Below, one piece after another: positions 22,763 through 32,773 of a DNA stretch of 32,773 bases; the stretch's first letter is position 1; each line of letters starts with the position of its first letter. The stretch comes from Polymyxa betae A26-41 (lineage: Eukaryota; Protista; Endomyxa: Phytomyxea). The notes beneath the pieces were generated by a model. The model made no database searches. It had not been told where the DNA came from and saw only the letters and a program-made list of their open reading frames with translations. The DNA lies in contig RBZT01000767.1 of assembly GCA_003693705.1 (NCBI GenBank), forward strand, positions 1 through 32,773, read 5' to 3'. The translations under genes were made by a program, and so were the position numbers.

Positions 22763-23209
22763 GACGACTACAAGCTATAAAACAATGACAGCGGCAAGAC
22801 CCAGTAATTACTGGGTCAAGACGAGGGCGTCCGCAATAGGTAGACGCTGGTATAATAATCTGCGGAGCTTTCTGCGTAATTTGTATCATTTTGCGGAATG
22901 TTTTGGTCAGTCTGCGGAGTTTTTTCCATCTTTGGAATATTCTGGTCTTCGTACATAGGAGTAATCATTTTAGAGTGTTTTAAAACACCCGTTTTTCTCT
23001 GATCCATATGATAACTAGCTTCTGATGGCAGCTCCTTAAATGTGCAGTTATTTTCTTGTTGGGTATAATCACTGGAACTCAATCGATCTTTTCTACTTGG
23101 GACCTTTCACTTAATATTTTATAAAAGCCCTGGAAGGTTCCCAATCAAATCTGCGCTTACTGAAGAGCATCAGAAAATAAAGTTTGAAATTTGTTCGGAA
23201 TCTTCGGCT

Positions 23210-24303
23210 ATGGCCCTCATCATTCTCGATAGTTTTCTGTGGAGCGATGTTCTCGGGTCTGATGAAGCCGCCACCATCTTTCATCGTCTTCGCGAGGAAG
23301 TCCAATGGACGACCATGATGCATAAAGGCGGCGAAGTCCCCCGTCTTGTCGCCCTGCAATACATCCCAGGACCAGGCGGCGCCGTCCCTATCTATCGTCA
23401 TCCGATCGACAAGGAGCCACCGGCGACCACCTTCACCCCGACCGTCGATCTGATTCGTCGAACGATCGAAACCAAGTTCAGCTTGCAGCTGAATCATTGC
23501 CTAATCCAGCTATATCGTTCTGGGCAGGATTTTATTGGTGAACATAGCGATAAGACGCTGGATGTTAAGAGAGGATCTCCTATCGTTAACTATAGTACTG
23601 GATCTACTAGGTAATTTTGGTCTTTTTATGCTCTGGAATGTTTTACTTTTCAAAACTGGTTCATAGCCTAAACGTTGCAAACTTGTTTTTCTATGCATTT
23701 TGATGCTTTAATCTGTTTGCTTTTCGACAGGTTTCGAGCAAGCCCTGTCAATGTTGCTGAATTGCTGTCAGGCAGATGATTCTGAAGCCAAAACGAGACG
23801 CCCAAGGTCAGCGTGGCTCGAGCCTTCGAGTCGATCTGCCTCACGATTCGCTATTTGTCCTGGGCTGGGAGACGAATAAGGCTATGACACATAGCATTCG
23901 CCAAGATCGGCGGACGTTAGCTGAGAAGCGGCCTGATGAGCTCCTAGAGAATGGCGAACGCATCTCGTTAACATTCCGAAATATCGCCACCTTCCAGACG
24001 AAAATCGATGGGAATCTCAGACTCTTCGGTAACTTTTTTTCATTTAGTTTTCGTTCGGGGCTTGTACGACCGCTTTCCTATTGGACGTTTTGGTAAATCT
24101 CAAGTTTAGGGCAAGGAGCGCGTTGTAAAACACGGGAGGACTTGCTGTCGGCATGCTCGAATGAAGTTAGCGGCCAGAATGACGAGCAAGATCTTCTGAA
24201 AGCATTCATGGCAGAGAATCGTGAATCTGATTTTGATTGGGATCAGGCGTATGGCGAAGGGTTCGACATCATCACCATTAACAATGACGAGAATAAAGTA
24301 TAG
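23210..24303 (+). CDS. AlkB-like 2OG-Fe(II) dioxygenase; exons 23210-23610, 23772-24028, 24110-24303
   Basis: NHCLIQLYRSGQDFIGEHSDKTLD (HxD), distal THSI His, RISLTFR, and a C-terminal FGQGA...EN...FDW...YGEGFD block. GT-AG introns keep the frame. Confidence 0.92.
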
Positions 24304-24535
24304 CAATGATCAGCTCGCCGCTATTTCGTCTGTCTATGGTCATCACAATGTTTATGCTTCTTCTATGATTAAAGGATAGGAAATCAGAGACGAAGATCAC
24401 AACCTTGGGATATTATTTTGATTTTTTCAGCTACACACTTCTAAGCAGACATTGAAACCAAATGCAACAATGCCAATTACTATAGATTGAGAAGCATTAC
24501 ATTGATAGGAGAATCCATATATGATAGATCGACGT

Positions 24536-25399
24536 TTATCTTCGATTATCATCGTAATCGTCACTGTCCGATACAACTTCAATCTCAAGACGACGCCGTG
24601 GCAGATCTCGGACGCTCTCAGGCAGCTGCGCCGACGACAGAGCTTTCGGTTGCCTCTGGGACACGCGCAGAGTCTCCACGTGTTTCTGGGCGATCTCGGC
24701 CGGCGACGTACCGGCCCCGGCGATCTTGATGACGGCCTCGAAATCGAGGATGGCGCTCTGGATTTTTCGCAGCGATGCTCGTGCCGTCCCGCGTCGTAAA
24801 AGCACTTTCACATTGCGAGCGTCCTGGGCCAGCGCCGCCGTACAGTCCTGTTCGGCATCGGCGTGCCGGCCCAGCTTCAGGTAAGCGGCGGCGCGATTGG
24901 CTAGCGCCTTGGCATCGTCTGGAGCGTGCTCCAGGCATTCGCTGTACGTCCGAGCAGATGCGGCGTACTGGCCCGCACGAAATTGGACGTTGCCCCGCTC
25001 ACGAATGTCATTCACACTAACCTGCAGTTTTGTCAGCTTGAACAGCGGGCAAACATTCTGAAATCAAAAGAACAAACAATCAAAAGACCACGAAAATATT
25101 GAAAAGTCAGCCATTTGAAAGGCAAAGATTACAGATTTTGTGAAAAACCTTTGAATGAAATTAAATAAACTTACTATACTTTTGGAGTATCAGCAATTAA
25201 TGATCCAGAGCGGTTTTTACTATCTGGAATCAGCAATTTCAGGCAAGAACTTAGATCAGCAACTGAGCATCGTACCCGCTGGGCGTCGATTTTCGCATTG
25301 TTTCTGCCAGTCGTGCACGCCTTGCACGAATTGGTTCAGCTCATCAGAATTCTGCCTGATCTGACGCTGGAGCTGGGCGACATCACCCGGGACATTCAT
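24536..25399 (-). CDS. RPAP3: Short RPAP3/Tah1-like TPR co-chaperone (217 aa); exons 25399-25276, 25223-25180, 25021-24536
   Basis: N-terminal QIRQNSDELNQFVQGVHDWQK resembles the RPAP3 N-terminus. One three-repeat carboxylate-clamp TPR (RERGNVQF, NRAAAYLKL, KVLLRRGTAR), then RRRLEIEVV. Confidence 0.8.
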
Positions 25400-26629
25400 T
25401 GAGACGATTGATAAGACGAACAGAAAACCCTAGTTCCAGTCACGAGGAGGGGTTGCGCCACTCCAAGAGGCCACGCCAATGTTTGCCCATCATTTATCGA
25501 ATTAAATGGTCTTTGTGTATGATAGCAATTCAGTATATAGGCGTATTATCAGCAAATTCGGGATCGAAAACTATTGAAAGATTTAATGCAAATTCGCCGA
25601 CGTTTTCTCAGACAGGTGTTGTCACTCAAGTCTCTAAACGTCGTCAACGACATTCCAGCCCGATCCGAATCGTAGCCGCAAAGGATTATAGTACGATGAC
25701 GACTGGATCGGATTTGGCATGGACTCAGATCTGATTGAAAAGCGCGACCGTATCCAGGCCTGATCACTGTAAAACATGGCGCGAAAACCCCATTGAATTG
25801 GAGCGATTTTATCCCGAGCTCTCGATCGAGGTCAGGATTCCGTTCGCAGCGTAGGACTCGATGATAACTTCCTCCAGACAGAAAGATCAGCCAGGACAAG
25901 CCGAGGTTGGTGGCAGCAATATGAGCCCAAACTGTGAAAGGTTCGACAATTACAGAAATGCATCCATAAATAGTTAAACTTTATAAAAAACCGGAATTCA
26001 ACGACGAATAGACGAATGAAAAAATGCCATAAAACAAAAGAAATGGACTTTTGCTGAACTTGCTACAGCAGAGACGGCCTTATTGCAATCTCAGCATGAT
26101 TGAGGCGATATTGATCGCTCCTCTAGGCCGTCAATGGTGACGCTTTCCAGGCATGCCTTTTGCGTCGCGCCCTTCGACGTCGCCTGGTTGAATTCGCGAA
26201 CTCATCTGGTTAAACCCTTAGGGCGACATCGTTCGTCTGTGGTTAGAGACCCCGCCATTGCCAGGTTGGGTTTTTACAACATCGTGGTCGAAATCGGTCT
26301 GTAATTATCATAACGATCTGTCATCACCGAGCTGGCGTCGTTGGCAGGAGCGCATCCCTCTGACTTAAAGAATTAGAGAATCACGCAGTTTTGAAAGATT
26401 CCCGACTTTTTGTAACTTGCGCTTACGTATCAAACGCCATTCCAAAAAATTATCAAAAGATCCTGAAAAGTGAAAACTGCGTAACACACGCACTTCCGAA
26501 ATCGACTTTCTATAACTGCATTTTGCCATTTTCAGAGAAGAGACTAATCACGGACTTTCTGCCGGGATCGCGCAGTCCGAACACGGGGTCATCTCGATTT
26601 TCTTGATCCAGAATCTGATTTCAGTAGCA

Positions 26630-28921
26630 ATGACTGAGGTGAAGAAGCCACGTCGTGGAGGCAAACGATCCAAGAAGTCAGCGCCCACACCCGAGCCGGT
26701 TGTCGAGGCGCCTGTTCATACTGATGTTCTCGATGCCGTCGCCGCTCTCGAAGATAATGAACCCTCTTCGGAGTCCGCAGAGCGCGAGCCAGCTGCTGCC
26801 GCTGTTGAAGACGACGCTCAGAGCAAGAAGCGCAGACGCGACGACGCCGACGAACAGGAAGGAGAACCGTCTGATGCTGGTGAAGCCGAGGCAGCTGTTT
26901 CGTCGACTCCGGTCGAGCTGGCTCTGAACTACGATTTCGAGAGTCTGGACCTGTCGGAGCCGACCCGAAAGGCGCTCCAGGAGATCGGATACGAGCGCAT
27001 GACTGAGGTAACGTTACAGGCTAGGGTTTAGGGTTTGGTGTTGATGCTGGTCTGCAGGTTCAGGCCCGATGCATTCCTTTATGCCTGTCCGGGGCTGATG
27101 TTCTCGGCGCTGCCAAGACCGGATCCGGCAAGACCATGGCCTTCCTGATCCCGTCCGTCGAGCTCCTGTATAAAGCTCAGTTCAAGCCTCGTAACGGTGC
27201 CGGCGTCATTGTTATCACACCCACGCGAGAACTCGCTCTCCAGGTCCTTATTGATCCCGTGTTTCCTTTTTTTCACGTTTTTTTTTGGAAGTTTTTTCCG
27301 ACGATGGATGTTTAATGATTGTCGGTGTATATAGATTTATGGAGAAGTTTGCAAGCTGTGCAAATACCATTCGCAGACGCACGGAATCGTGATCGGTGGT
27401 GCCAGCCGCAAAGCTGAAGAAGACAAGCTGAAGCGAGGTGTAAACTTGCTGATCGCCACTCCCGGCCGTCTCTTGGATCATTTGCAAAACACCAATTTTA
27501 CATTCAAGAACTTGATCGGTCTTGTCATCGATGAGGTATATTTCTTAATGGTTTTTCAAATGTTCATCTTTCTACGATTTTTTGTCACCTCTTTGTGGTT
27601 TTTCTTTCAGGAATTTTGTACTGATTTATGGCGATTCTGTACTGATTTCTGACTGTTCTGTTTGTTAGGCGGACCGTATCTTGGAGATCGGTTTCGAGCA
27701 AGAACTACGCGAGATCGTCAAGCTTCTGCCATCGAAACGTCAGACGATGTTGTTCTCGGCAACTCAAACGCAAAAAGTCAAAGACATTGCTCGTGTGTCG
27801 ACCAATAAACAGCCGGTCTATATCGGTGTTGATGACCACAAGAACAGCGCTACTCGTTCTGGTAGCATCTTCTCATATTACTTTGGCTCTCTGCTGATCA
27901 TTATGATTCAGGTCTTGAACAAGGATATGTGATCTGCCCATCGGAACGTCGTTTCCTGCTTCTGTATTCCTTCCTAAAACGCAACACCAAGAAAAAAGTG
28001 ATTGTCTTCTTCTCGACCTGCATGGCCGTCAAATTCTATGCCGAACTTTTGAACTACATCGATGTTCCGGTCATCGAGCTGCACGGCAAATTAAAACAAA
28101 GCAAACGAACGTCTACTTTCTTTGAGGTAATTTTTGTCGAAATCGCCTCACGCTTTTCGCGTCTGTCCGAATTCGCTTTGCATTCCGTTTCCAATTTTTT
28201 TCCAAGCTTGATGTTTTCGGGATATTTTTTGCAAAATTTCTAACCGGTTTTTTGCATAGTTCGTGAATGCCGAAAAAGGCGCTCTCCTCTGTACCGACGT
28301 GGCAGCCCGAGGTCTCGATATTCCTGCCGTCGACTGGATCATTCAGTTCGACCCGCCGTCCGACACCAAAGAGTACATCCATCGTGTCGGTCGTACTGCC
28401 CGAGGGGTGCAGGGTGCCACTGGTAAGGCGCTCCTGTTCCTGCTGCCTCAGGAGCTGCGCTTCATCCACCACTTGAAATACGCCAAGGTCTGCAATCTGG
28501 TTGCTGGATCGATCTGTTGTCGTACTGACCTTGATTTGCAGATTCCGTTGAGCGAGTTCGAATTCCCGCAGAATAAGATCGCCAATGTCCAGTCTCAGCT
28601 CGAGAATTTGATCGATAAGACGTATTACTTGCACAAGTCTGCTCGTGAAGCTTATCGTGCTTATATTCAAGGCTATGCCCAGGTTAGGGTTAGGGTTCAG
28701 TGTTGTCTCCCTTTCTTACTGTCAATCAGGCTTCCATGAAGGACGTCTTTGATGTGCATCAATTGGATTTAGAGAAGGTCGCTCTATCGTTCGGATTCAC
28801 ATCGCCGCCCAAGGTCCCGTTGAAGATCTCACTGACCGGAAAGCAAGCTAAGAGAGCCCGTCATGGATTTAGTGAAGAGAATCCATATGGACAGAAGCCA
28901 GCCACTCAGTTCTCCAGATAA
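26630..28921 (+). CDS. HAS1: DEAD-box RNA helicase HAS1/DDX18; exons 26630-27007, 27058-27243, 27335-27535, 27669-27861, 27912-28126, 28260-28487, 28542-28682, 28730-28921
   Basis: Q motif, [30 protein letters not shown]|[34 protein letters not shown] and a DUF4217-like tail ([14 protein letters not shown]...FGFTSPP). Seven GT-AG introns keep the frame. Confidence 0.96.
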
Positions 28922-30021
28922 ATAAAATACAATCAGTTTTTCATTGTATCATCACAGCCTTAGTTTTAGTTGATGATTCGATTTTATCGCCGGCGCATAT
29001 AAAGTTTTGTACTGTTTCGTGGCTGCAATGCAATAAAGCAAAACGCAGCCGATCGCTATTCACAGATGGACTATACAATTTCGAGGTCGCAATCGATGCC
29101 ATCACATTGGTGACCAAATGCTAAACAGCATCCAGATCAGCAACTGCAACCCAATTCCAAGCTAGAAGCCAAGCCAGATCCGATTCTTAGGCATCAGGTC
29201 GACAACGCCAACGTCTCGGTTTGCAGCAAAGAAGATAACCGGCGAATGGACGGATAGGACCCGTGCTCTGGCTGTTCAAGTGTGGAAAAAAGTGAAAACC
29301 ATCAGAAGAAGCTATTGGTGACGAGTTCAGGCGGCGTGGTAGGTCATCCCCTTGGTCTATGTGACATCAACTCGACGTCGCCATGTCGTCATGTAAACGA
29401 AGTCGAAACCCAGCGACAATAAAAGCCCTTGCAAAAAATAAGGTACGAGGGAATACAAAGGCGCAGCCAAATGAATATCAATTCGGAACCAAATTCAACA
29501 AAGCAAATTGATTACGATCAAAACTTAAAGATTTACAAGCAGAGAGGTTCGATACGAGAAAGATGCAAGGGCGGATGAGCAAAGGGAAATGATCATTCGC
29601 TCCTACCTAAAAAAAAATCTGATTTCCTTCCGTTCCAGTTTGAACGACTTCACGAGCATGGTCTACAATGCTTACAGAGCGTTAAATCGTAAAATTTCAC
29701 TCAGTGAAGATTTGCAATCAAATTGCAGGCTTGATTCTCGAGGGTTTTGGACACTTGCTAATATCTATAAAGAATCAGGTTACATTGATACTGATTAGGA
29801 AACATCATAACAAAAAACAGGAAGCAATGTTTGCCAGGTTTGTGATGTTCAGATGTTATTCTAAATCTGAACAGGTATCAAAATGGCAGAATATCGATAT
29901 CGCATGAGTTATAGACCCCGAACAGCAACTCATAACGGTCCGGCTCGGCACATGCTATTCTTAAAACAAAGAAAAAGATACAAAGCGGCATCGTAAACAA
30001 AAAAGAAAAATAAATCTTACT

Positions 30022-30412
30022 CTACCAGGTTCTGTGCTCTGTGACGAATTCAACAAGAGGATTTATCTGATCCAGAGAGTGGCGGTCAAGCAAGCCCAGC
30101 GATAACACGAGCTTGGAGTTCGGCTTCATGGTCGCCATCAGCTGTCTTGCGATGAGCTCGAATACCGGGTTGTGCTCGCCCAGCACCGTGCGGATGCTAT
30201 GGACCGGACTGGCGGCGTCCCCTTCGACCTCGCCACGAATCACAGCGCCAACGTCGCCGCATTGGGTCAAGAACACACCAACCTGATCGATGAGTTCGAA
30301 CGTGAAAAGGACGAAGATTGGGAAGCTGGACCTTTTCAGCAAAGGGGCTGATTATGAGGTCCGTATGGCGACCATTTATCAGACGACCATGTGATGACAT
30401 CTGCTTTGTCAT
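30022..30412 (-). CDS. PSMG3: Proteasome assembly chaperone 3 (113 aa); exons 30412-30332, 30282-30022
   Basis: INGRHTDLIISPFAEK|VGVFLTQCGDVG...RTVLG...ELIARQL...LVLSLGL...W* follows the PAC3 pattern, including the terminal Trp. 49-nt GT-AG intron. Confidence 0.85.
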
Positions 30413-31266
30413 TGTTAAACAGACAAATGCCGCTGTCGGGCTCTGCCTAATACCAACTGTGTTATGATACAAATATCCCCAAAGGCCGGGCTGCGCCCGC
30501 GCAGATTTTCTCGCAGGTGTGTTGGATAGAACCATAGTAGCAATTTGTAGAGAATGTGCTTTCTGCTTCCTGTTTTGTAATTGATCACTTAAGCATCTTG
30601 CTTTAAGCCAGGTGACTTAAGTGTAATGTTTGAATTGGCATCTAATGAGATAACAGCCTCACTAATGAAGTCGCAGAAGTTTTTAGAAGCAAATAAAGAA
30701 TGTATTTATTGATGGTCATAAGCTGATATGCGTTCCTTTGCAATCGTTCTGATTTTTCAAGCCGATGGTTTCGAATGTTCAAGGTTATGAACAAGATATC
30801 AGGAGCTAATCACCTGCAATTCAAATCTCTTTCTTTTCATGGTGAAGAGAAAACTGGCAATAATAATGAGCCATTGTGAAAATATGAAATTTGTACCATG
30901 TTCTTAAGTGTTTTCCAACAGTTTTTAATCCTTGTTCGATTTGTGATTCGAAATCATGTTTTACAGCTCCATTTAGACGACGATTGCTCGTAACATTCAA
31001 TTCTCCTTTAGCAGCATGTGTGAAAGAAAGTCCAGAAAACGGAGCCTTTAGCAAACACATGAGCAATAATCAACGCCAAAATTGAAATGAAGCTTGATGG
31101 ATTTTTTTACGAAATAAACGCTCCGTTCGATCACCAAGTTTTCATGTTGAAGACTTCTACCGCTTCCAAGTTTTCATAAGATCCAAGGTTACAGTATAGG
31201 AACTTGCCATCAACGCTTTATTTTTGAAATAAAAAATATTGTGACATCAGTTTGTCTCTATGGCTG

Positions 31267-32010
31267 GTCAAGTGTCGGGCTCGGGGCGTGCTCGAAGCGA
31301 AGCTTCGTCGCGCTGCGCCAGGTCATAAACTATTTTACTCTTTTTAACTTCAATGAAGACTGGATATTTATGGTCTTCATAATCGACATCGTCTTCTTGT
31401 TTCTCGATGATGATCCTGACTACCGGATTAACTAATTTTTGTAGTTAAAATAGTGAACATGTCGTTGCATCACATCCTATTTTATAGGTTATTTTTCTCT
31501 TTAAAAAAACATGATCAATTACCAACTACTCCACAGCAATTCGTAGAGTTGCATTTGCACTCGATTGTGCAGCTAGGTTCGTTCCAACCATATACCACAC
31601 TTATCGCGTGGCCTTGTCAAATTTGCTGCATACTAACCAGGAAAACATGAAATTTCCGGGTGTATTGAAACTCATAGAATACTCAGTTAGGGGTACAACT
31701 GTGATTCGCTATATGAGCTCCAGGTTCATCTGGGTTCCCTATGAGTATTTTCCCGTTGGACAAACAGATAGATCTTTGTCATGGATATTAATGTTGCCGA
31801 ATGGCTTAGAGCGAAGCGCATCGTAATCAATGAACTCGGACATGCCTGAGGATGCAGAAAAAGTAAGAGCCAAGTAATGATCGATGCTGAGGCGACCAAC
31901 CTGTTTGAAGAATGAGCTAAAACGAGGGCCGCGCGGTCGTTCAACATCCGGCATGTACACTCTATTGCCAATGTTGAGTACAGCGAATACAACCCTTATG
32001 TTGAGACGCT
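31267..32010 (-). CDS. Possible unidentified multi-exon gene or pseudogene
   Basis: Protein-like frames follow AG acceptors (NPDEPGAHIANHSCTLTEYSMSF; NPVVRIIIEKQEDDVDYEDHKYPVFIEVKK...PEPDT*). A complete model could not be closed. Confidence 0.3.
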
Positions 32011-32456
32011 AAATCATCTGATGCACAACGCAATCGCCCAATTCCAACACCGTCTTCCTGCCGGGATTCTTCGCGCATGGCTTGCGTCAGGTTTGGCATG
32101 AATCCAAGATACTAGGGTCCGGTAGCACGCGCTTTCGCGCATTTCCAGGTTCCCGCCTTTATTGGTAGCCGTTTACATTCTTCCATTTGAAATGTCTTGG
32201 CTGTGGCAGAAGGTAGACAGTGACAGCATCTTCAAAGATCCAGCTTTTTTATCAAGCATTGTTGGAAGGAGACGGGAGCCTGGAATTGCGCTTTCTTGGA
32301 AGTGCGGGAGGCCGCACGCGATTGGAAGCTCGCCGTTCACAATACCGTATACACAACTTCAAAGTCGTACTTGAGTTTTGAAATAGATATCTCTGCACTA
32401 TCCAAAATCGCACGTACAATTTAAACAAAATACGTTCAAGCTTCTACTTGCACTTG

Positions 32457-32773
32457 TGTTAGTTAGATACACCAGCACTGTACACACTCGAGCACTTGAC
32501 GTTAAAAATAAAATGCGCGACGACTCTACTTCGCCTATTCACAGCATTACCCTCGCAGGCCTCGCTTGGCGTCGTCTTAAAAGATTAAGAGTCCCAGGCT
32601 CCACCAATGAGCGAACCCACTGTTGAACGTCACCTCGTTCCCGTATTCGACGGCTCCAACTTCCAACAATGGCGCCAACGTATTGCCAACCTCCTCATCG
32701 AGAAAGATCTGGATGATATCACGGGGTTCGATCTAACATCCCTCCTTCCTCTAGCATCACAACCATCTCTAAC
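32457..32773 (+). mobile_element. 5' end of a Copia LTR retrotransposon: LTR ~32457-32582, PBS ~32583-32597, gag from 32607
   Basis: TGTTAG...AATAAA...CTTAAAA (degenerate ...AACA end), then GATTAAGAGTCCCAG resembling the GGTTATGGGCCCAG-type PBS, then the gag ORF. Confidence 0.75.
32607..32773 (+). CDS. Copia gag N-terminus (partial)
   Basis: MSEPTVERHLVPVFDGSNFQQWRQRIANLLIEKDLDDITG matches the Copia gag F.G.NY/F..W...L...L motif. The frame is open to the window end. Confidence 0.85.
   Translation, partial: MSEPTVERHLVPVFDGSNFQQWRQRIANLLIEKDLDDITGFDLTSLLPLASQPSL

Noticed and set aside
27008-28729. Intronic snoRNAs in HAS1
   Set aside because: The introns are short and no paired C/D boxes or H/ACA hairpins are evident.

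Overview
Eukaryotic nuclear DNA from a compact, intron-rich protist-like genome with short GT-AG introns. A phytomyxean or other rhizarian parasite is my guess only and cannot be established from this window. From left to right: (1) an AT-rich, intronless, decayed virus-like island (1-~2470) with an SF3/D5-type helicase and zinc-finger ORFs; (2) a 1023-bp non-autonomous Mutator-like element with TIRs and a 9-bp TSD; (3) a BTB gene; (4) a secreted-PA-domain plus multi-TM (GPCR-like) gene, with an inverted decayed paralog truncated next to a Copia fragment, a MITE and a foldback; (5) Rab2; (6) a minus-strand tandem array of at least five intact and two decayed small two-exon genes for single-pass membrane proteins with a C-terminal PPxY motif, four of the five with a juxtamembrane Cys cluster; (7) housekeeping genes: AlkB-like dioxygenase, a short RPAP3, HAS1/DDX18 and PSMG3/PAC3; (8) the 5' LTR, PBS and gag start of a Copia element. 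The most interesting items are the PPxY membrane-protein array and the endogenous viral island. All gene models were spliced by hand and all family calls come from recognised motifs; no database search was run.
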